Position numbers and translations under genes: made by a program. A stretch of DNA of 64,000 nt from Candidatus Kapaibacterium sp. (lineage in GTDB: Bacteria; Bacteroidota; Ignavibacteria; Kapaibacteriales; UBA2268): the NCBI GenBank assembly GCA_963665665.1, contig OY762428.1:2496001-2560000 (forward strand), written 5' to 3'. Below are positions 11,935 through 23,611 of the stretch, one piece after another. Every line of letters begins with the position of its first letter. Position 1 is the first letter of the stretch. Below the pieces are notes generated by a model. That model was not told where the DNA came from. It searched no databases and saw only the letters and a list, made by a program, of their open reading frames with translations.

Positions 11935-13983
11935 ATGCCAAAAGAAATTGCCATATCAAAGATCAGGAACATCGGGATAGCCGCTCATATCGATGCAGGT
12001 AAGACTACGACAACCGAGAGAATCCTTTTCTACAGCGGAAAACTTCACAAAATAGGTGAAGTGGACGACGGAACAGCATTCATGGACTACATGGATCAGG
12101 AAAAAGAAAGAGGTATTACAATCGTATCGGCAGCAACTACCTGCGAATGGCGAGACCATCAGGTGAATATAATCGATACACCCGGACACGTTGACTTCAC
12201 TGCTGAAGTTCAAAGGTCGCTCAGGGTGCTCGACGGAGCCATTGCGATATTTTGCGGAGTAGGGGGTGTTGAACCACAATCAGAAGCTGTCTGGCACCAG
12301 GCAGATATGTATAAGGTTCCGAGAATTGCCTTTATTAATAAAATGGACAGGATCGGAGCTGACTTCTACAGGGTGCTGGATATGATGAGGGAAAGGTTGA
12401 AAGCCAACCCGATACCGGTAGCGATACCAATCGGCGCGACTGAAACCTTTAAAGGTACAATCGACCTTGTCAAAATGAAAGCATTATACTTCGATGTGGA
12501 GAAACAAGGCATTGAGTATAAGGAAGAAGAAATACCCGATGAATACAGAGATGTAGCCGAGGAATACAGGGCAAAAATGATTGAAGCGGTAGCTGAGACC
12601 GATGATGAACTTCTTGATAAATTTTTCGCTGGCGAAGAATTTAACGAAGAAGAGATCAAAACAGGAATAAGAACAGCTGTGATAGAGTTGAAATTTGTTC
12701 CCGTTCTTGTAGGATCTTCGCTAAAAAACGTAGGGGTGCAGCCACTTATGGATGCAATAGTTGATTATCTCCCCTCGCCGAAAGAAGTTAAATATATGCC
12801 CGGGTATGACGTAAATGATCTCGAGAAACAGCTAACCCGCGAGCCAAGGAATAAAGAAAAATTCTCGGCTCTGGCTTTCAAAGCCATAACGGATCAGTTT
12901 GTAGGACGCATAACTTTTATCAGGATTTACTCCGGGAAACTGGAGCTTGGAAAACCGGTTTTCAACCCGGTTGAAAATAAGAAAGAAAAAGTTCTTAAAA
13001 TTCTGAAAATGCATGCAAACAAACGTGAAGAAATAACATCAGCGGGCGCTGGCGAGATTGTGGCGATTTCAGGACTGCGGTTTACAAAAACCGGTGACAC
13101 ACTTTGCGATATTGATGCTCCCATTATTTATGAGAAGATCAATTTCTCGGACCCGGTAATAAACATGGCAGTTGAAGTAAAAACACTGGCAGATCAGGAC
13201 AGGCTGATTGAAGCTCTCGGAAAACTGGCCGAAGAAGATCCGACCTTCAAGTACAATATAGATAAAGAAAGTGGCCAGACTATTATCAGCGGTGTAGGTG
13301 AACTACACTTAGAAGTACTTGTTGAACGCCTTAAAAGGGAGTTCAAAATACCTACCAGAGCGGGTAAACCCCAGGTAGCCTACAGAGAATCAATCAGCAA
13401 TAAAATTAAATGCCAGGGTGAGTTTGACAAAACCACCAGCGGCAAACATCAGTTCGGCAGAATCACATTAGAGATTTCGCCTGCTGAAACGGGTAGCGGG
13501 ATTAGCATTGAAAATGAAATTCCCGATTCCGTGCTTGCCACCGAGTTCGTCGAAGCAGCTAAGAAAGGCGTCATGGACGGCCTGCTTGTCGGCCCTCAGG
13601 GATATCCTATGATAGATGTTCACGTTAAACTTCTAAAAGCAGATTTTAACGATGAATTCTCTACCGAACTGGGATACCAGGTTGCAGCCACAATAGCAGT
13701 AAAGGATGCTTCGAGATCAGCCGCTCCGGTTTTATTAGAACCGATCGTTGACCTTGAAATTGTCAGCCCCGAAGAATATACCGGTGATATTATCGCCGAA
13801 CTTAATGCAAAAAGGGGCAGGATTGACGGGATAGAACAAAGGGGTGCGCTGCAGGTGATAAAAGGAAAATCACCACTTTCAGAGATGTTCGGTTATGTAA
13901 CAAGATTGCGGTCCGTAAGCCAGGGAAGAGCTTCATACACGATGGTCTTCTCACATTACGAACCTGCGATGAACAAGAGATAA
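11935..13983 (+). CDS. fusA: Elongation factor G paralog in the str operon, divergent (EF-G2-like)
   Basis: 682 aa; G motifs [18 protein letters not shown] and NKMD intact; domain IV loops degenerate; between rpsG and tuf. Confidence 0.9.
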   Translation: MPKEIAISKIRNIGIAAHIDAGKTTTTERILFYSGKLHKIGEVDDGTAFMDYMDQEKERGITIVSAATTCEWRDHQVNIIDTPGHVDFTAEVQRSLRVLDGAIAIFCGVGGVEPQSEAVWHQADMYKVPRIAFINKMDRIGADFYRVLDMMRERLKANPIPVAIPIGATETFKGTIDLVKMKALYFDVEKQGIEYKEEEIPDEYRDVAEEYRAKMIEAVAETDDELLDKFFAGEEFNEEEIKTGIRTAVIELKFVPVLVGSSLKNVGVQPLMDAIVDYLPSPKEVKYMPGYDVNDLEKQLTREPRNKEKFSALAFKAITDQFVGRITFIRIYSGKLELGKPVFNPVENKKEKVLKILKMHANKREEITSAGAGEIVAISGLRFTKTGDTLCDIDAPIIYEKINFSDPVINMAVEVKTLADQDRLIEALGKLAEEDPTFKYNIDKESGQTIISGVGELHLEVLVERLKREFKIPTRAGKPQVAYRESISNKIKCQGEFDKTTSGKHQFGRITLEISPAETGSGISIENEIPDSVLATEFVEAAKKGVMDGLLVGPQGYPMIDVHVKLLKADFNDEFSTELGYQVAATIAVKDASRSAAPVLLEPIVDLEIVSPEEYTGDIIAELNAKRGRIDGIEQRGALQVIKGKSPLSEMFGYVTRLRSVSQGRASYTMVFSHYEPAMNKR

Positions 13984-14059
13984 ATTGAAAATTTAAAACA
14001 ATATATACATTGTAATTATCAAACTATTTTTTTAATTAGCAAAATTAGGAGTTTATCCA

Positions 14060-15271
14060 ATGGCTAAGGAAAAATTTGATCGTACCAAACCCCACGTGAA
14101 TGTGGGAACAATCGGTCACGTTGACCACGGTAAGACTACTTTGACAGCAGCTATCACAATGGCTCTCGCAAAGAGAACTGCGGGTGCAGAGATTCGTTCA
14201 TTCGACTCAATCGATAACGCGCCTGAAGAAAAAGCACGTGGTATAACAATTGCTACAGCTCACGTGGAATACGAAACAGACACGCGTCACTATGCACACG
14301 TTGACTGCCCGGGCCACGCTGACTACATTAAAAACATGATCACTGGTGCAGCCCAGATGGACGGTGCAATACTTGTTTGTGCTGCTACAGACGGCCCTAT
14401 GCCCCAGACTCGTGAACACATCCTTCTCGCCCGCCAGGTTGGCGTGCCGAGCCTTGTTGTTTTCATGAACAAAGTTGATATTGCTGATCCGGAACTTCTT
14501 GAACTTATAGATATGGAACTTCGTGAGCTTCTTTCTTCTTACGAATTCCCGGGTGATGATATTCCGATCATTATGGGTTCAGCTCTTCAGGCACTTGAAG
14601 CCGGTTCAACAGATGGTGTTGGCCCTGATGACGAACGTCTGAAATGTATCTATGATCTTATGGACGAAGTTGACAGGTATGTACCGACTCCGATTCGCGA
14701 TACAGAAAAACCATTCCTGATGCCGGTTGAGGACGTATTCTCAATCACAGGCCGCGGAACAGTTGCTACAGGTCGTGTAGAGCGCGGTATTATCAAAGTT
14801 ACTGAAGAAGTTGAAATCGTTGGTTTCGGCCTTCAGAAGAAAACAACTTGTACAGGTGTTGAAATGTTCCGTAAACTTCTTGACGAAGGCCAGGCAGGCG
14901 ACAACGTTGGTCTCCTTCTTCGCGGTATCGACAAGAAAGAAATCGAACGCGGTATGGTTATTGCCAAACCGGGATCAATTACACCTCACCACAAATTCCA
15001 CGCACAGGTTTATGTTCTGAAAAAAGAAGAAGGCGGACGCCATACACCGTTCTTTAGCGGATATCGTCCTCAGTTCTACTTCCGTACAACAGACGTTACC
15101 GGCAACCTTAACCTTCCCGAAGGTGTAGAAATGGTTATGCCTGGTGACAACCTTGACGAACTTTACATTGAACTGATTACACCAGTTGCTATGGAAGAAG
15201 GTCTTCGTTTCGCTATCCGCGAAGGTGGCCGTACAGTGGGCGCCGGTGTTGTAACAAAAATTGACGAATAA
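14060..15271 (+). CDS. tuf: Elongation factor Tu
   Basis: [27 protein letters not shown]. Confidence 0.99.
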   Translation: MAKEKFDRTKPHVNVGTIGHVDHGKTTLTAAITMALAKRTAGAEIRSFDSIDNAPEEKARGITIATAHVEYETDTRHYAHVDCPGHADYIKNMITGAAQMDGAILVCAATDGPMPQTREHILLARQVGVPSLVVFMNKVDIADPELLELIDMELRELLSSYEFPGDDIPIIMGSALQALEAGSTDGVGPDDERLKCIYDLMDEVDRYVPTPIRDTEKPFLMPVEDVFSITGRGTVATGRVERGIIKVTEEVEIVGFGLQKKTTCTGVEMFRKLLDEGQAGDNVGLLLRGIDKKEIERGMVIAKPGSITPHHKFHAQVYVLKKEEGGRHTPFFSGYRPQFYFRTTDVTGNLNLPEGVEMVMPGDNLDELYIELITPVAMEEGLRFAIREGGRTVGAGVVTKIDE

Positions 15272-15285
15272 TATATTCTTTTATA

Positions 15286-15309
15286 ATTCGCGGGCAATAG
15301 CCCGCGAAT
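15286..15309 (+). other. Stem-loop between tuf and rpsJ, no U tract
   Basis: ATTCGCGGGC-aata-GCCCGCGAAT perfect 10-bp stem; possible processing or stability element. Confidence 0.5.
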
Positions 15310-15346
15310 ATAAATTATCCGAAATAAAAGCTTAAGGAACTTAAAA

Positions 15347-15655
15347 GTGGCTACACAAAGGATAAGAATAAAGTTAAAATCGTACGACCATAAACTGATT
15401 GACAAGTCATCAGAGCGAATAGTCCGTACAGTTAAGCAAACGGGCGCTGTAGTATCAGGGCCAATACCCCTGCCTACAAGACGCACAGTATATACTGTAA
15501 ACCGTTCGCCTCACGTTGACAAGAAATCCCGTGAGCAATTTGAAGCCAGGGTACATAAAAGGCTAATAGATATCTTCAGTTCAACACAGAAGACCATAGA
15601 TGCCCTAATGAGACTGGAATTACCGGCGGGCGTAGATGTTGAAGTAAAAGTCTAA
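15347..15655 (+). CDS. rpsJ: 30S ribosomal protein S10
   Basis: [29 protein letters not shown]. Confidence 0.99.
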   Translation: MATQRIRIKLKSYDHKLIDKSSERIVRTVKQTGAVVSGPIPLPTRRTVYTVNRSPHVDKKSREQFEARVHKRLIDIFSSTQKTIDALMRLELPAGVDVEVKV

Positions 15656-15671
15656 ATAAGGAGTTAATTAA

Positions 15672-16292
15672 ATGACAGGCGCGATTCTTGGTAAAAAAAT
15701 CGGCATGACAAGTTTCTTCGATAATGAAGGAGTTAAGATTCCCTGCACGGTAGTTGAAGCCGGGCCATGTCCGGTGGTTCAGGTTAAATCCAATGAAACT
15801 GACGGATATACATCAGTCCAGATCGGTTTCGGAGAAATCAGGGAAAAGAATGTCAACAAGCCTTTAAAGGGTCACTTCGCCAAAGCGAGCGTTAATCCCA
15901 CTCGTTATTTGAAAGAATTCCGGGCTCCAGGTAAAGATTATAAGGTCGGCGAAGAATTAACAGTTGAACAATTTGAGATCGGGGACAAAGTAAGAGTTTC
16001 CGGTAAATCAAAAGGAAAAGGTTTCCAGGGTGTTATGAAACGCCACAATTTTGGCGGTGTTGGTATGGCCACTCACGGCCAGTCCGACAGGCAGCGCCAC
16101 CCCGGTTCAATTGGTCAGTCTTCATATCCTTCAAGGGTTATGAAAGGGCTCAAAATGGCCGGGCGAATGGGCGGAAAACGAGTAACAGTCAGGAATATTG
16201 AGGTTTTGGAAATTATTCCGGAACAGAATTTGCTGATTCTTAAAGGGTGCGTACCCGGAGCTTCAAATTCACTAATTGAAATAGTAAAGTAA
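15672..16292 (+). CDS. rplC: 50S ribosomal protein L3
   Basis: GKKIGMT, KGKGFQGVMKRH, MAGRMGG. Confidence 0.99.
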   Translation: MTGAILGKKIGMTSFFDNEGVKIPCTVVEAGPCPVVQVKSNETDGYTSVQIGFGEIREKNVNKPLKGHFAKASVNPTRYLKEFRAPGKDYKVGEELTVEQFEIGDKVRVSGKSKGKGFQGVMKRHNFGGVGMATHGQSDRQRHPGSIGQSSYPSRVMKGLKMAGRMGGKRVTVRNIEVLEIIPEQNLLILKGCVPGASNSLIEIVK

Positions 16293-16304
16293 TAAGGCGA
16301 AAAA

Positions 16305-16931
16305 ATGCAGATAGATGTATATACTAAGGACGGACAGCAAAACGGGCAGACAGAGCTGCGCGATGATATTTTTGCTATAGAGCCTAACGAGCATGCCATG
16401 CATCTGGCAGTTGTTTCTTACCTTGCAGCCAAAAGGCAGGGCACGCATAAAACAAAAACGCGTGACGAGGTAAGAGGCGGCGGCAAGAAGCCATGGAGGC
16501 AAAAAGGCAGGGGTACTGCCCGTGCCGGTTCTACACGTTCTCCTCTTTGGGTAGGCGGCGGTACCATTCATGGTCCAAAACCACACAAATATCATGTAGC
16601 ATTACCCAAGAAGCTTAAAAGGCTTGCCAGAAAATCAGCATTTTCCCTCAGATGCTCTGAAAATAATCTGATGATCGTTGAAGATTTCAATCTGGATGCG
16701 ATAAAAACAAAAAGCATGGCCGAAATTTTCGAAAATTTGAAAATCGGCGGGGAAAAAGTACTGGTACTCTTGCCTGGGGAAAACAACAATATCTGGCTTT
16801 CGGCAAGAAATATCCCGAAAGTAAGCGTTCATCCTGCAGACAGGATTTCAACTTATGAAATTCTGAATCATAAGAAAATTCTGCTTTTCAAGAGTGCTAT
16901 AGATACTATAGAGAAAACATTTGGTAACTAA
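16305..16931 (+). CDS. rplD: 50S ribosomal protein L4
   Basis: KPWRQKGRGTARAGS, SPLWVGGG. Confidence 0.99.
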   Translation: MQIDVYTKDGQQNGQTELRDDIFAIEPNEHAMHLAVVSYLAAKRQGTHKTKTRDEVRGGGKKPWRQKGRGTARAGSTRSPLWVGGGTIHGPKPHKYHVALPKKLKRLARKSAFSLRCSENNLMIVEDFNLDAIKTKSMAEIFENLKIGGEKVLVLLPGENNNIWLSARNIPKVSVHPADRISTYEILNHKKILLFKSAIDTIEKTFGN

Positions 16932-16939
16932 TACTCTAA

Positions 16940-17239
16940 GTGATAACAATGATTATTAAAAAGCCCGTTATAACAGAGAAGGCGATGCGACTTACCGAAC
17001 AGAACCAGTATGTTTTCGAAGTCGATCCTAGATCTAACAAGATAGAGATCAAAAAAGAAATCGAAGAGATGTTCGAAGTCAAGGTGAAAAGTGTTCGTAC
17101 AGCCCGTATTAAAGGCAAAAGGAAAGTGCGTATGACTCGCAACGGGTTAATGAGAGGTCACACTCCATTGAAAAAGAAGGCATACGTAACTCTTCATGAA
17201 GGCCACACGATTGAACTGGTTTCAGGGGCTGCGGGCTAA
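16940..17239 (+). CDS. rplW: 50S ribosomal protein L23
   Basis: KPVITEK, KKAYVTL; start is GTG 16940 or ATG 16949. Confidence 0.97.
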   Translation: MITMIIKKPVITEKAMRLTEQNQYVFEVDPRSNKIEIKKEIEEMFEVKVKSVRTARIKGKRKVRMTRNGLMRGHTPLKKKAYVTLHEGHTIELVSGAAG

Positions 17240-17284
17240 TTCAAGTTAGAATTTGTTAATTAAAAATAGATACGGCACGAGAAG

Positions 17285-18124
17285 ATGGCACTAAGAATAT
17301 TAAAACCAATTACACCCGGTACGAGGTTCTACTCGGTAAGCTCTTTTGACGAGATCACTACCGATAAACCTTACAAGAAACTTGTGGCTCCGCTCAAGAA
17401 ATCCGGCGGTAGGAATAATACCGGAAGGATTACTTCACGCCACCGTGGCGGCGGGCACAAGAGAAGGTACAGGATCATTGATTTCAAAAGGAAAAAAATC
17501 GGCATGAAAGCCGTTATTGAAACTATTGAATACGATCCTAACCGCTCTGCAAGGATTGCCCTTCTGAAATATGAAGATGGTGAATATACTTATATCCTCG
17601 CACCGGATAAAGTAAAAGTTGGTGATGTACTTATGTCCGGGCCCGACGCGGAATATCATGACGGGAATTGCCTCCCGCTGAAAAGTATCCCCGTTGGCCT
17701 TACGATACACAACATCGAATTGAAGCCCGGAAAGGGCGGCCAGATAGCAAGAAGCGCGGGCACAAGCGCCCAGCTTGTTGCAGTTGACGAAAAGTTTGCG
17801 CATATTAAAATGCCTTCAGGCGAGATAAGGCTTATTCCGTCGAATTGCTATGCAACTCTCGGCGTTGTTTCCAACCATGACCACGAAAATATCATGCTTG
17901 GTAAAGCCGGACGTACTCGCTGGCTCGGTATCAGGCCCCAGACACGCGGTATGGCTATGAACCCGATAGATCACCCCATGGGCGGTGGCGAGGGTACATC
18001 CAAATCCGGTGGTGGACGCCAGCATCCGACAACACCTTGGGGTAAATACACCAAGGGCCTGAAGACGCGTAAGAAACGCAAGCATTCAAACAAATATATT
18101 GTTCGTGGAAGAAAATCAAAATAG
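17285..18124 (+). CDS. rplB: 50S ribosomal protein L2
   Basis: [28 protein letters not shown]. Confidence 0.99.
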   Translation: MALRILKPITPGTRFYSVSSFDEITTDKPYKKLVAPLKKSGGRNNTGRITSRHRGGGHKRRYRIIDFKRKKIGMKAVIETIEYDPNRSARIALLKYEDGEYTYILAPDKVKVGDVLMSGPDAEYHDGNCLPLKSIPVGLTIHNIELKPGKGGQIARSAGTSAQLVAVDEKFAHIKMPSGEIRLIPSNCYATLGVVSNHDHENIMLGKAGRTRWLGIRPQTRGMAMNPIDHPMGGGEGTSKSGGGRQHPTTPWGKYTKGLKTRKKRKHSNKYIVRGRKSK

Positions 18125-18139
18125 AGTGAAGGAAACGTT

Positions 18140-18412
18140 ATGGCCCGCTCACTGAAAAAAGGTTATTTCGTACACTACAAGCTTCAGAAAAAGATAGATA
18201 AACAAAATGAAGCTAATAAGAAAGATGTTATAAAAACGTGGTCGCGAGCCTCCATGATCACTCCTGATTTCGTGGGGCACACGGTTGCGATTCATAACGG
18301 TAAGAATTTTATCCCGGTATATATTACCGAGAACATGGTTGGCCATAAATTCGGAGAATTTTCGCCAACAAGAGTTTACAGAGGACACGCCGGTCACAGA
18401 AAAGGCGGATAA
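18140..18412 (+). CDS. rpsS: 30S ribosomal protein S19
   Basis: [26 protein letters not shown]. Confidence 0.99.
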   Translation: MARSLKKGYFVHYKLQKKIDKQNEANKKDVIKTWSRASMITPDFVGHTVAIHNGKNFIPVYITENMVGHKFGEFSPTRVYRGHAGHRKGG

Positions 18413-18435
18413 TAGTTTTTTAAATGGAGATAAAA

Positions 18436-18810
18436 ATGGAAGCAAGGGCTCTCAAAAAATACATACGTTCTTCCCCGCGTAAAATGAGATTGGTAATCGA
18501 TCTTATCCGCGGCAAAAGCGCCGAGGAAGCCTTGTCTATTCTCAAGTTCGCCCCTAAACTGGCGGCCCGCGACGCGGAAATGGTCCTTAGGTCTGCAATC
18601 GCCAATTTGTCGAACAATGATGAAGACATAACGCCGGATATTGAAGAAGTTTTCGTTAAGGCAGCCTTCGTTAATCAAGGCCCCGCGATGAAAAGAATTC
18701 AGCCGGCCCCGATGGGCAGAGCGTACAGGATTAGGAAGAGAACTAATCATTTGACTATAGTTGTTTCAACTCAAGAATCACAAGGAGAAGAAATTGGGAC
18801 AGAAAACTAA
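18436..18810 (+). CDS. rplV: 50S ribosomal protein L22
   Basis: SSPRKMRLV, APMGRAYRIRKRTNH; ATG 18436 has a GGAGA RBS. Confidence 0.98.
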   Translation: MEARALKKYIRSSPRKMRLVIDLIRGKSAEEALSILKFAPKLAARDAEMVLRSAIANLSNNDEDITPDIEEVFVKAAFVNQGPAMKRIQPAPMGRAYRIRKRTNHLTIVVSTQESQGEEIGTEN

Positions 18811-19426
18811 TCCGATCGGGCTTCGCTTGGGAATAATCAGGAACTGGGATGCTAACTGGTTCGACGAATCTAACGTTGCTACTAAACTTTCTGAAGATAT
18901 TAAAGTAAGAAATTACATTAGAAACAGGAAGAAAAAAGCAGGCATCGCCAGGATTATCGTTGAAAGAACAGCAAAACAGCTCAGGATTACAATCAATACG
19001 TCAAGGCCCGGCGTTATTATCGGAAAATCAGGTAAAGACATTACCCAATTGGAAGAAGAGTTGAAAAAACTTACGGGCAAGGATGTAAAAATTCTTATAA
19101 GCGAAGTGAAACGCCCCGAATTGGACGCGTTACTTGTTGCCGATAATATTGCACAGCAGCTCGAAGGCAGAATTTCATTCCGCCGCGCCATGAAGCAGTC
19201 AGTTTCAGCAGCCATGAGAATGGGAGCAGTTGGTATTCGTGTGATGTGCGCAGGCAGGCTCGGCGGTGCCGAGATGGCCAGGACTGAACAGTACAAGGAC
19301 GGCAGGATCCCACTGCATACCCTTCGTGCGGACATCGATTACGGGACGGCAACAGCGCAGACAATTTACGGATCCATTGGAATAAAAGTATGGATCTGTA
19401 AGGGTGAGATAATCGGTAAACAGTAA
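18794..19426 (+). CDS. rpsC: 30S ribosomal protein S3
   Basis: TTG start gives MGQKTNPIGLRLG with an AGGAG RBS inside rplV; GRLGGAEMAR, PLHTLRADIDY. Confidence 0.98.
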   Translation: MGQKTNPIGLRLGIIRNWDANWFDESNVATKLSEDIKVRNYIRNRKKKAGIARIIVERTAKQLRITINTSRPGVIIGKSGKDITQLEEELKKLTGKDVKILISEVKRPELDALLVADNIAQQLEGRISFRRAMKQSVSAAMRMGAVGIRVMCAGRLGGAEMARTEQYKDGRIPLHTLRADIDYGTATAQTIYGSIGIKVWICKGEIIGKQ

Positions 19427-19463
19427 GAAGCAAAATTCGAAATAATATCATTGGGAAATTCTC

Positions 19464-19880
19464 ATGTTAATGCCGAAAAGAGTAAAAAGAAGAAAACCCC
19501 ATCGCGGTAGAATGAGGGGTAAAGCCTGGCGCGGTTCGACTGTCGATTTCGGCGCTTACGGACTGAAGGCACTTGAATGCTGCTGGATGACTAATCGCCA
19601 GATTGAAGCAGCCAGGATCGCTATCAACCGTTATCTGAAACGCGACGGTAAAGTCTGGATCAGGATATTTCCTGATAAAGCTTTTACCAAAAAACCCGCC
19701 GAAACAAGGCAGGGATCAGGTAAAGGAACGCCGGAAGGCTGGGTAGCGGTAATCAAACCGGGCAGGGTACTATTCGAAGTGGATGGTGTAAGCAAAGAGC
19801 GTGCTCAGGAAGCTCTCAGGCTTGCATCCCATAAACTGCCAATTAAGACCAAATTTGTAACACGTATAGATTTGATGTAA
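19464..19880 (+). CDS. rplP: 50S ribosomal protein L16
   Basis: [29 protein letters not shown]. Confidence 0.99.
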   Translation: MLMPKRVKRRKPHRGRMRGKAWRGSTVDFGAYGLKALECCWMTNRQIEAARIAINRYLKRDGKVWIRIFPDKAFTKKPAETRQGSGKGTPEGWVAVIKPGRVLFEVDGVSKERAQEALRLASHKLPIKTKFVTRIDLM

Positions 19881-19881
19881 A

Positions 19882-20094
19882 ATGAAGCCACGTAAAGCAA
19901 GCGATCTTAGGGAATTGACCCAGGCCGAACTGGAGCATTTGTTGCAGGAATCTGAGGAAACTCTGGCAACACAGAACTTCCAGCACGCCCTGAAACAATT
20001 GCAGGATACTTCATATCTTCATATCCTTAAAAAAGATATCGCTAGAATGAAAACTATTTTGAATGAAAGAAAACGTGCACAGCAAAATGGATAA
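19882..20094 (+). CDS. rpmC: 50S ribosomal protein L29
   Basis: Position after rplP; [13 protein letters not shown]. Confidence 0.95.
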   Translation: MKPRKASDLRELTQAELEHLLQESEETLATQNFQHALKQLQDTSYLHILKKDIARMKTILNERKRAQQNG

Positions 20095-20437
20095 TAATAT
20101 GGAAGATATTAAAGAATTAGAAACGCAGGAAACCCCGGCGGCCGAGACAACAACTGCTGAACCCACACCTGCACCAGTTGCTGAACGTAAAGCTCAGAAA
20201 AGAGTGCTCACGGGAAAGGTTGTTTCCAATAAAAGCGACAAAACTGTTGTCGTTTTGATTGAACGCCAGGTAAAGCATCCTCTTTATAAGAAATATTATA
20301 AAGAAAGCAAAAAAGTCATGGCACACGACGAGGCAAACGACTGCGGAATCGGCGATACCGTCAGGATTCGCGAGTGCCGTCCGCTCAGCGCCAAAAAGCG
20401 TTGGGAAATGATCGATGTTGTTGAGCGAGCCAAGTAA
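20087..20437 (+). CDS. rpsQ: 30S ribosomal protein S17 with acidic N-terminal extension
   Basis: [31 protein letters not shown]; start uncertain (20087 or 20099). Confidence 0.97.
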   Translation: MDNNMEDIKELETQETPAAETTTAEPTPAPVAERKAQKRVLTGKVVSNKSDKTVVVLIERQVKHPLYKKYYKESKKVMAHDEANDCGIGDTVRIRECRPLSAKKRWEMIDVVERAK

Positions 20438-20450
20438 GAAGGAGATAATA

Positions 20451-20819
20451 ATGGTACAAGAAGAAACAAATTTGATTGTAGCAGATAACTCCGGCGCACG
20501 CAGGATAAGAGTAATCCGAATTCTTGGCGGCCACGGCAAGAAATACGCGAGTGTTGGTGATATTATTGTTGCTTCAGTGAAAGCTGCGATTCCTAATTCG
20601 GAGGTAAAGAAAGGCACTGTGGTTAAAGCAGTTGTTGTTCGTACGAAAAAAGAAGTAGGACGCCGTGACGGCTCTTTCATCAGATTCGACGATAACGCGG
20701 CTGTTATTCTTAACGCGCAGGGCGAGCCAAGAGGCACTCGTATTTTCGGTCCCGTTGCTAGGGAACTAAGAGAAAAGAATTACATGAAAATCGTGTCGCT
20801 GGCGCCGGAAGTTTTATAA
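20451..20819 (+). CDS. rplN: 50S ribosomal protein L14
   Basis: [30 protein letters not shown]; AGGAG RBS. Confidence 0.99.
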   Translation: MVQEETNLIVADNSGARRIRVIRILGGHGKKYASVGDIIVASVKAAIPNSEVKKGTVVKAVVVRTKKEVGRRDGSFIRFDDNAAVILNAQGEPRGTRIFGPVARELREKNYMKIVSLAPEVL

Positions 20820-20857
20820 GGTATATTTTTGTTAATTCAATTGATTGGTTATCAAAG

Positions 20858-21178
20858 ATGAAATTGAAGATTAAAAAAGGTGACATAGTTCAGGTAATAG
20901 CCGGCGCAAACAAAGGCGAGCAAGGCCGCGTCCTGGAAGTGTACCCGGATAAAATGAAGATTCTGGTTGAAAGAGTCAACGAGCGATCAAAACATGAGAG
21001 GCCTAACCCTAAAAATGAAAAGGGCGGCATTGTGAAGAGGGAAATGCCTATTCACTACTCTAATGTTCTGCTCCTTGATAGCGACAAGAATCCTACTAGG
21101 ATCGGTATCAGGCGCGAGGAAAAAGGCGGAAAAATTGCCGCCGTCAGGTACGCGAAGACAAATAACAATGATTTATAA
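20858..21178 (+). CDS. rplX: 50S ribosomal protein L24
   Basis: KKGDIVQVIAG KOW motif, EMPIHYSNV. Confidence 0.98.
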   Translation: MKLKIKKGDIVQVIAGANKGEQGRVLEVYPDKMKILVERVNERSKHERPNPKNEKGGIVKREMPIHYSNVLLLDSDKNPTRIGIRREEKGGKIAAVRYAKTNNNDL

Positions 21179-21204
21179 TAAAATAACACAGTTGGCATAA
21201 AATT

Positions 21205-21855
21205 ATGGCAAAGACAAAATCATCAACTAAAGGACAATCGGCATCGAAGAAACTTAAGTTTCAGCCGGAAGGAAAACGTCTGGAAGACGTAAAGGACAAA
21301 ACAGTCCCACCTGCAAGGCTCGTAAGTTTCTATCACGAGAAAGTCGTGCCGGCTATGATGAAGAAATTTGGCTATAAATCAATAATGCAGGTACCTAAAC
21401 TCGAGAAAATATGCATGAATATGGGTATGGGAGATTCCGTTCAGGATCAGAAAGTGCTTCATGGCGCTATCAACGAACTTGAACTGATCTCAGGGCAAAG
21501 GCCTGCTATTTCGAAAGCCAAGAAAGCTATTTCAAACTTCAAGCTCCGCCAGGGCATGCCCATAGGCTGCCATGTAACACTGCGCCGGGCAAGAATGTTT
21601 GAATTTCTTGACAGGTTCATCAATATTGCTTCACCTCGTATCCGTGACTTCAGGGGACTGAGCGACAAAGGATTCGACGGCAGAGGTAATTATAGCGTGG
21701 GCATTAAGGAACAGATCATATTTCCGGAAATTGACGTTGATAAAGTTAACAAAATATCCGGTCTTGATATTACATTTGTAATTAAATGCGAAAATGATGA
21801 AGAAGCTCATGCTCTTCTATCAGAATTCGGATTTCCTTTTCGTAAAAAAGATTGA
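21205..21855 (+). CDS. rplE: 50S ribosomal protein L5 with basic N-terminal extension
   Basis: [30 protein letters not shown]. Confidence 0.98.
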   Translation: MAKTKSSTKGQSASKKLKFQPEGKRLEDVKDKTVPPARLVSFYHEKVVPAMMKKFGYKSIMQVPKLEKICMNMGMGDSVQDQKVLHGAINELELISGQRPAISKAKKAISNFKLRQGMPIGCHVTLRRARMFEFLDRFINIASPRIRDFRGLSDKGFDGRGNYSVGIKEQIIFPEIDVDKVNKISGLDITFVIKCENDEEAHALLSEFGFPFRKKD

Positions 21856-21863
21856 GTTTAAAA

Positions 21864-22133
21864 ATGGCTAAAATCTGTATAGTAGCACGCAACGATAAAA
21901 GAAAAAGGATGGCGGAAAAATACGCCGCCAAGCGAGAAGAACTTAAAGCAGCCGGCGACTGGGAAGGGCTGCAGAAACTCCCGCGCAACAGCGCCCCGGT
22001 TCGTATTCAGAACAGGTGCAATGTTACAGGAAGAGCCCGTAGCGTTTACCGCAAATATGGTCTTTGCAGGAACGTTTTCAGGCAGATGGCTTTAGAAGGG
22101 AAAATACCCGGAATTAAAAAAGCCAGTTGGTAA
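21864..22133 (+). CDS. rpsN: 30S ribosomal protein S14 (89-aa form)
   Basis: MAKIC..., [27 protein letters not shown]. Confidence 0.98.
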   Translation: MAKICIVARNDKRKRMAEKYAAKREELKAAGDWEGLQKLPRNSAPVRIQNRCNVTGRARSVYRKYGLCRNVFRQMALEGKIPGIKKASW

Positions 22134-22206
22134 AAAAATAAAAACAACGTAAATTGCTATTTTTTTGACACCCGTGACTGTGGGACAAGATTAACAGAGA
22201 TAAATT

Positions 22207-22602
22207 ATGCCAGTAACAGATCAGATTTCAGATTTCCTAACGCGTATTAGAAACGCGGGAAAAGCAAATCACAAAACTTTAGAGTTACCACACTCTAAAT
22301 TGAAGTTCGCGATCGCCCGGATCCTCAAGGAGCAGGGGTACATCGCGGATTGTGAAGAAACACAGGATAAAGTTCAGGGTACTATTAAAATTACCCTACG
22401 ATATTACAAGAGAAAACCGGCCTTCAGGGAAATGGTGAAAATAAGCAAGCCGGGCCGTCGCGTTTACGCGCCGGTGGACAAGCTGCCGAGAATTAAAAAC
22501 GGCCTTGGAGTAGCTATCATATCCACCTCTAAAGGTGTGATGACAGACAAACAGGCAAAGAAAGCCAATGTCGGCGGCGAAGTTCTATGTTCAGTTTGGT
22601 AG
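22207..22602 (+). CDS. rpsH: 30S ribosomal protein S8
   Basis: DQISDFLTRIRNA, SKPGRRVY, STSKGVMT. Confidence 0.99.
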   Translation: MPVTDQISDFLTRIRNAGKANHKTLELPHSKLKFAIARILKEQGYIADCEETQDKVQGTIKITLRYYKRKPAFREMVKISKPGRRVYAPVDKLPRIKNGLGVAIISTSKGVMTDKQAKKANVGGEVLCSVW

Positions 22603-22623
22603 AATTATAATTAGGAGCTTAAA

Positions 22624-23163
22624 GTGTCAAGGATAGGAAAAAATCCGATAGAAATCCCTGACAAGGTTCAGGTAACAATTAGCGACGAAGGCCTTCTGAC
22701 AGCAAAAGGCCCCAAGGGTGAGCTGACTTACCAGCTGCCCGAAGCTATTAATTACAACCTTGAAGGCAATACATTAACTTTTGGAAGAGACAACGAAGAC
22801 CGTAAAGTCAGAGCTCAGCACGGTTTGGCGAGGGCATTGAGCGCAAACTTGATAGAAGGTGTGGTCAATGGATTCGCCAAGACACTTCTTATTGAAGGTG
22901 TGGGCTATAAAGCTGAAATGCGCGGTAACCGTTTGTTCCTTTCCTTAGGTTTTTCACACCCGGTTCTGATCATTCCTCCTGACGGTATCGAGTTCGAAAC
23001 ACCGAAACCTACGATAATAATAATCAAAGGTATCGATAAACAACTCGTCGGCCAGGTGGCCGCTACAGTGCGCAAATTGCGTAAACCCGAACCGTACAAG
23101 GGCAAAGGTATCAGGTACGAGGGTGAGTATATCAGACGTAAAGCTGGTAAGACAGCTGCTTAA
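22624..23163 (+). CDS. rplF: 50S ribosomal protein L6
   Basis: MSRIGK, PEPYKGKGIRY. Confidence 0.99.
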   Translation: MSRIGKNPIEIPDKVQVTISDEGLLTAKGPKGELTYQLPEAINYNLEGNTLTFGRDNEDRKVRAQHGLARALSANLIEGVVNGFAKTLLIEGVGYKAEMRGNRLFLSLGFSHPVLIIPPDGIEFETPKPTIIIIKGIDKQLVGQVAATVRKLRKPEPYKGKGIRYEGEYIRRKAGKTAA

Positions 23164-23192
23164 TTTTTTAAAAAAAATTTGCAGAAGAAAAG

Positions 23193-23564
23193 ATGAAAAA
23201 GCTGAAGATAAGAGCAAAAAGGCAAACTCGCAGAAAGCATCATATAAGGAAACGTATTTTTGGAACTTCCGAGCGTTTAAGGCTGACTGTTTTCAGAAGC
23301 TCGAAGCACATTTACGCACAGATCATCAATGATGATGAATCCCGTACCCTTGTTTCTGCATCAACACTCGACAAAGATGTGATTGAAAAAATCACACCTG
23401 AGATGAAGAAAAAAGAACAAAGCAGGATTGTTGGCGAAATTCTCGGGCAGAAAGCTGTATCCGCCGAAATAAAAAGGGTTGCATTCGACAGGAATGGTTT
23501 CCTTTTTCACGGCAGGATTAAAGAATTAGCTGATGCCGCCAGGAAAGCCGGACTTGAATTTTAA
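23193..23564 (+). CDS. rplR: 50S ribosomal protein L18
   Basis: RLTVFRSSKHIYAQ, FDRNGFLFHGR. Confidence 0.99.
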   Translation: MKKLKIRAKRQTRRKHHIRKRIFGTSERLRLTVFRSSKHIYAQIINDDESRTLVSASTLDKDVIEKITPEMKKKEQSRIVGEILGQKAVSAEIKRVAFDRNGFLFHGRIKELADAARKAGLEF

Positions 23565-23611
23565 AAAGAAAAGAAATTGTATAACGCCAATATTGGCTAA
23601 AGGAGATTATC

